Source: an uncultured Methanosarcinales archaeon
GTDB lineage: Archaea; Nanobdellota; Nanobdellia; Woesearchaeales; CAYMBN01
DNA: 64,000 bases
Reading direction: 5' to 3'
NCBI GenBank assembly: GCA_964388715.1
Contig: CAYMBN010000004.1
Coordinates: forward strand, 31,391-95,390
The notes below the pieces were generated by a model that searched no databases, had not been told where the DNA came from, and was given only the letters and a program-made list of their open reading frames with translations. Of this stretch, positions 8,819 through 15,128 are shown one piece after another. Numbering within the stretch: position 1 is the first letter of the stretch; every line of letters starts with the position of its first letter. A program made the translations under genes and the position numbers.

Positions 8819-9806
8819 GCAATCTGTTTACTCTTTTTAGATATGGTAAAGCATCATCGACATATCCTACTTGTAAAGTTAGTCTTGTGACAGGAGAATA
8901 GGTTTTGATTATTGGTTCTTTTTTATGTTCTTGGATAAAGTTTAATCCTTGTCGTGTTATCTCTTTAAACCATTTTTGGATTGAAAAAGGAAGTGAGAGG
9001 ATGTATTTATTTTCTGCTTGTCTTAGAGAAGATTTGTATTTTTTGTAGAAAAGTGTTTTTTCTAGAATGTTAAGACTTTTGTAGTAATCATTAAGTCTTT
9101 TGATTTTATTTTTGTAATTCTGTCCAAGACTATTTGCTTGGTTTAAGTCTAATATTGTAATATTTAATTCATTAACATCTTCCTTTGGAATATTGATGAA
9201 ACCTCTTGATAAGTCTTCTGCGAAATCTCTTAGATCATAATAAAGTCGCATTGCTTTACCTAATGGGATAAGTGATCTATATGTTGATGGATCTTCTGCG
9301 TATACTTTGAGCATTGCTTTAACTGTACCTACTATGTCAAGCATATGAAAGTGATGTTCGAGTTCTTTCCTCTCAAAGATTTGGTATTTGTTTATTCTTC
9401 TTGCATCAAATATTAAGGAATTAATTATGTTTTCACATTCTTCAGTGATTCTAAATCCTATCTTTTCAGATAAATTTAAAATTTTGAGAAGTAAAATGTC
9501 TAAGTCATCTTTAATTTTGTTAGGATCTTTGAGGAAATCAATTTTAGATTGTAAATACTGTTCAACTGTACTTTTATAATGTTGAGGCAATTCTTCATCA
9601 AGATCTGCAAAATCATCAAATCTTCTCATTGCACAATACATTGCATCAAAGAAGTCACCTCTTTGAATTGCAGTTTTAGTGTCCTTAAATAATGGAGTTT
9701 GACCAACTAATTTGAAAGTTGTAATAATCCACATTAATTCCCTATACTTATGACTTCTTTCATCAAGCATAGAATCATAGATTACATCTGTAAGTTCTTT
9801 TGTCAT
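8805..9806 (-). CDS. Squalene/phytoene-synthase-family (class 1 isoprenoid synthase fold) protein
   Basis: YCAMRRFDDFAD matches the first Asp-rich motif (YxxCRxxDDxxD). DLRDFAEDLSRGFINIPKED matches the second (RDxxEDxxxGRxYxPxE). Confidence 0.5.
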   Translation of the reverse strand: MTKELTDVIYDSMLDERSHKYRELMWIITTFKLVGQTPLFKDTKTAIQRGDFFDAMYCAMRRFDDFADLDEELPQHYKSTVEQYLQSKIDFLKDPNKIKDDLDILLLKILNLSEKIGFRITEECENIINSLIFDARRINKYQIFERKELEHHFHMLDIVGTVKAMLKVYAEDPSTYRSLIPLGKAMRLYYDLRDFAEDLSRGFINIPKEDVNELNITILDLNQANSLGQNYKNKIKRLNDYYKSLNILEKTLFYKKYKSSLRQAENKYILSLPFSIQKWFKEITRQGLNFIQEHKKEPIIKTYSPVTRLTLQVGYVDDALPYLKRVNRLLRNL

Positions 9807-9848
9807 AAGGAATTAAAATGAGAAGTTAAATAAAAATTTATTGAATAT

Positions 9849-10271
9849 TTAAGCGTCGATGTGATTTTCTAATGAAGCCCTAATGTTTTTATTGTCTTCT
9901 CTGTGAGAAGACCCATCAGATTCTTTAAGAAATTGGATAGCATATCTTACAAAACCTTCTAAAACTCTTTCTCTTGTTTGTTGGTATTCTTCTGATGTTA
10001 AATTTTTAAATATTTCTTCTTCTGGATCCCATTCATAACCTCTTCTTTCTAAAGCATAATGTGTTTCGTTATTTATAAGTTCATTGAATCTTTTTCCTTT
10101 ATCATCATTAATACCATATTGACCAAAAGTGTCACAACAAGCTTCAGTATAAATCCTAAAACCAACTGTTTGTACAAATTTAAGTGTAGATAAATCTAAT
10201 CCCTCATGTGGAAGTCGATCATAGATTTCTCCAACCTTTTTTACATCTTCAGGAGAAATACAATAAGCCAT
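9849..10271 (-). CDS. Hypothetical 140-aa protein immediately downstream of PCNA
   Basis: The ORF starts 2 nt after the PCNA stop. It is rich in E/R/Y and has no recognisable motif. Confidence 0.45.
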   Translation of the reverse strand: MAYCISPEDVKKVGEIYDRLPHEGLDLSTLKFVQTVGFRIYTEACCDTFGQYGINDDKGKRFNELINNETHYALERRGYEWDPEEEIFKNLTSEEYQQTRERVLEGFVRYAIQFLKESDGSSHREDNKNIRASLENHIDA

Positions 10272-10273
10272 TT

Positions 10274-11020
10274 TTAATCATTCTCTACTCTCGGTGCTAG
10301 AATAAAACTTAACATTAACTTATCAACAGATTTGAACTCCATCTTCAATGGATAATCTTTGTTGTATTGCATGTTGACTTCTGATGCTAATTTATTACCT
10401 AAAATCATCTTCTTAAGATATTCAATTGAGTATTTTGCTTTAATTTTATCCTTTGATTCAGTTGTTATTATTGTTTCATCATCTTGTTTAATCTCAATCT
10501 TTGCTTTAGAAAGATCGCCTTCAGCCAAAACACTTAATTTACCAGGTTCTGCTACAAATGAAACACTTTCTGCAACAATATCAGCATCTTCAATCGCACT
10601 TGTGAGCACACTTGAATTAGTTTTTAAGCTTACACCAAATTTTAATTCAGGTATCTTTTGTTCCTTTTCCTCAAGTTCAATAATAGGTAAGCTAAAAGTT
10701 CTCACAGAACGTCCTTTTAACTTAATATTAAGCTTATTTTCAGTGCTAACATCAAGAGTTAACATATCATTAGGATTAGCCCTTCTTAACACTTGTTTAA
10801 GATTATTAAGATTTATAGCAATCTCTTGTGCTTTTTTAACATCATATTCAACAAAAGCACTTGAAAGCAATTTAAATATAACCATAGCAACATTTGCAGG
10901 ATCCATAGCAATTAGTTCAATAGATTGTGGAGTTATCTTAAAAGTAGCTTCATTTACAAGCTCTGAGATGATTGAAATACTGTCTTTCAGCAGTTTAGGT
11001 TCTGCAAGCGTAAGTTTCAT
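10274..11020 (-). CDS. pcn: DNA polymerase sliding clamp PCNA
   Basis: 248 aa. The overall pattern (KLLKDSISIISELVNEA.F....IELIAMDPANVAMV, a two-domain repeat, C-terminal LAPRVE) is typical of archaeal PCNA. A GGGGGG Shine-Dalgarno sequence lies 8 nt upstream. Confidence 0.85.
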   Translation of the reverse strand: MKLTLAEPKLLKDSISIISELVNEATFKITPQSIELIAMDPANVAMVIFKLLSSAFVEYDVKKAQEIAINLNNLKQVLRRANPNDMLTLDVSTENKLNIKLKGRSVRTFSLPIIELEEKEQKIPELKFGVSLKTNSSVLTSAIEDADIVAESVSFVAEPGKLSVLAEGDLSKAKIEIKQDDETIITTESKDKIKAKYSIEYLKKMILGNKLASEVNMQYNKDYPLKMEFKSVDKLMLSFILAPRVEND

Positions 11021-11088
11021 ATTATTCCCCCCTATATCCGTTATTATTAGAGTATAGTGAACATATATTTAAAGTTTTTCAATAATAA

Positions 11089-11227
11089 TGCGGGGAAAGG
11101 GTTTCGAACCCTTGTAGGCACTAAGCCAATAGATGACTTACAAATGGTTTCTTCATCGAATTGCAAAGCAACACTCTGCACTCAAATGCCTTGAGTCTAT
11201 CCCGTTTGACCACTCCGGCATCCCCGC
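11089..11227 (-). tRNA. tRNA-Leu(CAA) with a roughly 55-nt intron at the canonical 37/38 position
   Basis: I folded it by hand. The acceptor is GCGGGGA/TCCCCGC, the anticodon stem AUAGA/UCUAU with loop CUCAAG|intron|A, the long variable arm UGGCUUAGUGCCUAC, and the T arm AAGGG-TTCGAAA-CCCTT. The intron 5' part GCAUUUGAG pairs with the anticodon region. No CCA is encoded. Confidence 0.85.
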
Positions 11228-11252
11228 GCTAAATAACAGAGTTTCAACTAGC

Positions 11253-11264
11253 TTTATATATTTT
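11253..11264 (-). promoter_or_regulatory. TATA box for tRNA-Leu
   Basis: The minus strand reads AAATATATAAAG, centred about 31 nt upstream of tRNA position +1 (11227). Confidence 0.45.
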
Positions 11265-11281
11265 ATTATAAAAAAGAAACT

Positions 11282-11331
11282 TTTAGAAATCCTAAGATTT
11301 CTAAATGGTTAGAAATTTTATAAATTTCTAA
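11282..11331. terminator. Two adjacent palindromes sharing TTAGAAAT arms (terminator or operator)
   Basis: TTTAGAAAT-cctaag-ATTTCTAAA lies at 11282-11305 and TTAGAAATTT-tat-AAATTTCTAA at 11309-11331. Both sit directly after the stop of the gene at 11340-11741 (minus strand). Confidence 0.3.
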
Positions 11332-11339
11332 AAAAATAA

Positions 11340-11741
11340 TTAATCCAATCTATCCAATTTTCCTTCAACACTTCTTAATTCTGCTTCTAACTGATCAATC
11401 TCAGTCATATTTTTTTTAACAGGTTCAGCTTCCTTTTCTTCAACCTTCTTTTTTTCAACAATTTTCTCTTTTTCCAACTCAACTCTGATACCAGATTTAG
11501 GTAAAAGATTATTTAATCTTGTTGAAAGAACTTGAATCCTTTTTAGAACTTTCTTTAATTGCTCAACATGTTTGAGTTTTTCCTCACGTAACTCTTTTAA
11601 TCTTTGATATCTTTGAAGCAATTGGATTGAATCACGTGAAGATTCAAGCAGAGCCTTTCTCACTTCAATAGGACTATGGACTCCTACAAAAAATTTTTCT
11701 TTTTTCTCAACTTTCTTCTTCTTAGTTTTTTTCTTAGGCAT
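11340..11741 (-). CDS. Lys-rich coiled-coil protein, third member of a paralogous triad
   Basis: 133 aa with a poly-K N-terminus, then FFVGVHSPIEVRKALLES... and long heptad-like helices. It is same-strand and closely spaced with the two genes upstream. Confidence 0.5.
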   Translation of the reverse strand: MPKKKTKKKKVEKKEKFFVGVHSPIEVRKALLESSRDSIQLLQRYQRLKELREEKLKHVEQLKKVLKRIQVLSTRLNNLLPKSGIRVELEKEKIVEKKKVEEKEAEPVKKNMTEIDQLEAELRSVEGKLDRLD

Positions 11742-11750
11742 TTTTACACC

Positions 11751-11975
11751 TTAAATTTTTGCAGGTTCAAACAATGTTTTGTCAATATATCCTATTTTAT
11801 CTTCAATCTCAGTCAAAGAACTTTCCCAAACATTTAATTCACTATCTTCTTCATTTTTTAGATCATTTATTTTTCCAATAATGTCTCTTGCTTGTTTTAT
11901 TTTTGCTTTGATAAGATTAACAACGTCTAACACACCTTTGTATTCATCAATTTTTACATAAACAGGCATTTCCAT
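11751..11975 (-). CDS. 74-aa protein consisting of one copy of the triad domain
   Basis: PVYVKIDEYKGVLDVVNLIK...ELNVWESSLTEIEDKIGYIDKTLF aligns residue for residue with the C-terminal domain of the next gene. Confidence 0.5.
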   Translation of the reverse strand: MEMPVYVKIDEYKGVLDVVNLIKAKIKQARDIIGKINDLKNEEDSELNVWESSLTEIEDKIGYIDKTLFEPAKI

Positions 11976-11980
11976 TTATA

Positions 11981-12466
11981 TCACCCTCTAAATAAAGTTT
12001 TATCAACAAATATTAATTTTCTTTGAAGATCTTTGTATATCTTCTGCCACATTTCTAATTCTTTATCTTGTGCTTCATTAATGTCTTCTACTCTTGCTAA
12101 TGAAGATGTTGCTTCCTTAATATTTCCTTTTGTAAGCATAAGGTTACTAATAATGCCTCTATAATCCTCAACATCAATAAAAACAGGTTTTCTTTCAACT
12201 GTGTGTAACTCTTCTTTTTCTTCTTTAAATGCTTTCTTTTCAAATTTTTCTACGAATTTAGGAACAGGTCTAATCTCTGGTTTTGGAATCTCAATAGGTT
12301 TTTTTGGTAATTCAACCTTTTTAGCAGAAAAACTAGGCAATTCCTTTTCCACCTTAGCAGCACTTTTTACAGTTGGTGGTGGAGGTGGAATATCTAAGTC
12401 TAAATTAGAAGGAAACGAAAAATCCTCTTTCTTCTTAGTTTTTTTGATGAAATTTAAAAATCCCAT
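11981..12466 (-). CDS. Protein with an N-terminal amphipathic helix, a Pro-rich linker and the C-terminal triad domain
   Basis: MGFLNFIKK... is followed by DIPPPPPT/PKPEIRPVPK and then PVFIDVEDYRGIISNLML...ELEMWQKIYKDLQRKLIFVDKTLF. I chose the ATG at 12466 because GAGGGG lies 6-7 nt upstream; the track starts at a GTG at 12475. Confidence 0.5.
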   Translation of the reverse strand: MGFLNFIKKTKKKEDFSFPSNLDLDIPPPPPTVKSAAKVEKELPSFSAKKVELPKKPIEIPKPEIRPVPKFVEKFEKKAFKEEKEELHTVERKPVFIDVEDYRGIISNLMLTKGNIKEATSSLARVEDINEAQDKELEMWQKIYKDLQRKLIFVDKTLFRG

Positions 12467-12590
12467 TAAATACACCCCTCAATTAGTACATATTATTATT
12501 ATACCCTATTAAAACTTTTCTTATTATTGCTTAATAGTAACTTTTCATATAAAAACATTTTAATATAAATATAACAATATAACTATTATT

Positions 12591-13586
12591 ATGAAAGAGG
12601 CACTCTTTTACAAAAAAATCAACAATAAGATTCAATGTAATCTCTGCCCAAGAAATTGTATAATCACAAAAGGCAAAAAAGGAGTATGTGGTGTTAGAGA
12701 AAACCAAAACAATAAACTTATTTCTCTTGTTTATGCAAAACCGTGCTCAGTAGCTATTGATCCAATTGAAAAAAAACCATTATACCACTTTTTACCAGGT
12801 TCAAAAGCACTTTCAATAGGCACAGTAGGTTGCAATTTAAAATGTTCACATTGCCAAAACTGGCAAATTTCACAAGCAAAGGAAATATTGGGTAACACAC
12901 TTGAACCAGAACAAGTAGTTGAATTAGCTATTCAAAGAAATTGCAAATCCATAGCTTACACATACACAGAACCAACAGTATTTTATGAATATGTTCTTGA
13001 CACAGCTAAGATAGCAAGAAAAAAAGGAATAAAAAACATAATGGTAACAAATGGTTACATTAATCCTGAACCAGCAAAAAAACTTTACAAATATATTGAT
13101 GCAGCAAATGTTGATCTTAAAGCTTTTAATGAAGATTTTTACAAAAATATTTGTAAAGCAGAGTTAAAACCTGTTTTAGAAACAATAAAATTAATTAAAA
13201 AAATGAATGTTTGGTTGGAAATAACTAATTTATTGATTCATGAATTAAATGATTCTCCAGAACAAATAAAAAAAATGTGTGAATGGATAACAAAAAACCT
13301 CGGAAAAGATGTTCCATTACATTTTTCAAGATTTTTTCCTTATTATAAAATGAATAACGTGGATCCTACTCCTAAAGAAACTCTATTAAAGGCAAAAGAA
13401 ATTGCTAAAAAAGCAGGAATTAATCATATTTATTTAGGAAATATTATGTTGGTGGAACAAGGAAATACTTTTTGTTCTAAGTGTGGCAAAGTAATTATTA
13501 AAAGAAATATGTATGATGTTGCTACAAATAATTTAAAAAAAGGAAAATGTGATTGTGGTACAAAAATACCAGGAGTCTGGACATAA
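12591..13586 (+). CDS. AmmeMemoRadiSam-system-type radical SAM enzyme
   Basis: CNLKCSHCQNW is the CxxxCxxC radical-SAM cluster. An N-terminal CNLCPRNC..GVCGVR cysteine block and a C-terminal CSKCG..CDCG block are typical of this subfamily. Confidence 0.75.
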   Translation: MKEALFYKKINNKIQCNLCPRNCIITKGKKGVCGVRENQNNKLISLVYAKPCSVAIDPIEKKPLYHFLPGSKALSIGTVGCNLKCSHCQNWQISQAKEILGNTLEPEQVVELAIQRNCKSIAYTYTEPTVFYEYVLDTAKIARKKGIKNIMVTNGYINPEPAKKLYKYIDAANVDLKAFNEDFYKNICKAELKPVLETIKLIKKMNVWLEITNLLIHELNDSPEQIKKMCEWITKNLGKDVPLHFSRFFPYYKMNNVDPTPKETLLKAKEIAKKAGINHIYLGNIMLVEQGNTFCSKCGKVIIKRNMYDVATNNLKKGKCDCGTKIPGVWT

Positions 13587-13621
13587 GGTTTATATATTAG
13601 GAAGAGGTAGTTAGTGTTGAG

Positions 13622-14353
13622 ATGAAATTATCAGATTTTTTTGTAGGAGTGTTTGGCAATGTAAATCAAGAACTTTACCATGATTATAAAGAATTTATTA
13701 ATGATATTCATACATTTGAAAGAATTATTAACAGACTTTTAGAAAAAAGAAGAGAAAAATTAAACATAATTGAAAACTTTTATGGGATAATAAATAATTT
13801 TGGTAAAATTAATCATGACTTTTTTGTTGAGCAAGGGCATGTTAATCATGAAAATATGAAAAATACTTTTATAGGTGAAGTAAAATTGTTAAGTCACCTA
13901 AATAAAGTTGGTAAAGATTTAATTTATAGATTAAATGATGTAAAACATATCAGTGTTTCCACACAATTCAAAAATGAAATGGAAGATACTAATTTTGAAA
14001 ATCTTGGGATTGAGATTAAAAATTATATAATTAATTTACAACAACAAAAAGAAAAATATTTCAGCATATATCACTTATATGTCAAACTCATAAAAAGTGT
14101 TGGTAAAATATCTACTAAAGAAAATCTCACTCATGATCAAATCCATACAAGAGATATTCTTGGGAAAATAGTTGAGATTAATAAACAGATTGAATTATTT
14201 AAAGAAGCAGTTGGTGATAAGGAAAAAGAGTCTGAATTAAGTACTCTTGAAAGAATTGAAGATATTATTAAAAAAATAGTTGCTTTTGAAACTCTATTTA
14301 GAGAAAAGATAATCCAAATAAAAAAAGATGGCGCAGAATCATTAACTGCTTAG
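13622..14353 (+). CDS. Hypothetical, mostly helical protein
   Basis: 243-aa ORF with a TTTATATA box about 33 nt upstream. No recognisable motif. Confidence 0.45.
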   Translation: MKLSDFFVGVFGNVNQELYHDYKEFINDIHTFERIINRLLEKRREKLNIIENFYGIINNFGKINHDFFVEQGHVNHENMKNTFIGEVKLLSHLNKVGKDLIYRLNDVKHISVSTQFKNEMEDTNFENLGIEIKNYIINLQQQKEKYFSIYHLYVKLIKSVGKISTKENLTHDQIHTRDILGKIVEINKQIELFKEAVGDKEKESELSTLERIEDIIKKIVAFETLFREKIIQIKKDGAESLTA

Positions 14354-14359
14354 AATTAT

Positions 14360-15016
14360 TTATTGGCTTGTTTTAACATTTTGATATCTTTGTGTTCTTT
14401 CTATGTTTTCCATTTCAGAATAAAAATCATCATTAGGTAACACAGATAATTTTTCAAGTTTATCAACTCTTCTTGATTTAATTTGTTTACTATTTGTTAA
14501 TTGTGCAAGATAATTATCAAAATTATACTCTTGGTTTAATATACCAATTATTTCCATATCTCTTTTATCAAGAGCTTCAACAAGAACATCAATCTTCAAA
14601 GCAGGTGTCGCACGAACATCCCATGCTAAAAAAGTAGCAAATCTTTTTACTTCTTCAAGTGAGTTTAATTTATTTAATACTTTATTATATAATGGTTTTA
14701 ACTCTGCTTCTTCCCTATCAACTAATTCATTATAAAACCTAACCAGGTTTCTGTTTTGATCCTTATTTAATCTTGCATCAAGACTTTTGATCCTTCTTAC
14801 AGAAACAGGCTCATCACCATCAATCTTATCTAATTGTATTTGATCATAAATAGATAATTTAAACCACTCAGAACCATTATTCCTAATAAGCCCACTTTTC
14901 TCTCTACTTGAATACATTTGATGATCATGAAAACACAAATATTTAGAATTCTCTTCAATAATTTGATTTATCTGCTTTTGTTCTCCTTTCTTTCTTAACC
15001 TTACAACTTGCCCCAT
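14360..15016 (-). CDS. Hypothetical protein
   Basis: The track starts at a TTG at 15022. I prefer the ATG at 15016, which lies exactly 30 nt from a TTTATAAA box. Confidence 0.45.
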   Translation of the reverse strand: MGQVVRLRKKGEQKQINQIIEENSKYLCFHDHQMYSSREKSGLIRNNGSEWFKLSIYDQIQLDKIDGDEPVSVRRIKSLDARLNKDQNRNLVRFYNELVDREEAELKPLYNKVLNKLNSLEEVKRFATFLAWDVRATPALKIDVLVEALDKRDMEIIGILNQEYNFDNYLAQLTNSKQIKSRRVDKLEKLSVLPNDDFYSEMENIERTQRYQNVKTSQ

Positions 15017-15042
15017 TCTCAATACACAATAACTTGATTCTA

Positions 15043-15050
15043 TTTATAAA
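15043..15050. promoter_or_regulatory. Palindromic TATA box TTTATAAA
   Basis: It is centred 30 nt upstream of the minus-strand ATG at 15016. The box reads the same on both strands. Confidence 0.4.
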
Positions 15051-15128
15051 TGTTTTGGTTTTTACCACTCACCAATAGTTATACAACAAGAATAAAATAT
15101 TAATATCTGGAATTATTTCCTTTATTTA

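Noticed and set aside
10359-11057. 232-aa plus-strand ORF
   Set aside because: It lies entirely antisense to the well-supported PCNA gene. Its Ser/Leu/Ile-rich low-complexity translation is typical of the reverse frame of an AT-rich gene.
11131-11190. C/D-box guide RNA encoded in the tRNA-Leu intron (as in some archaeal tRNA-Trp introns)
   Set aside because: Only a weak GAUGAAG element is present. There is no CUGA D box or terminal kink-turn pairing.
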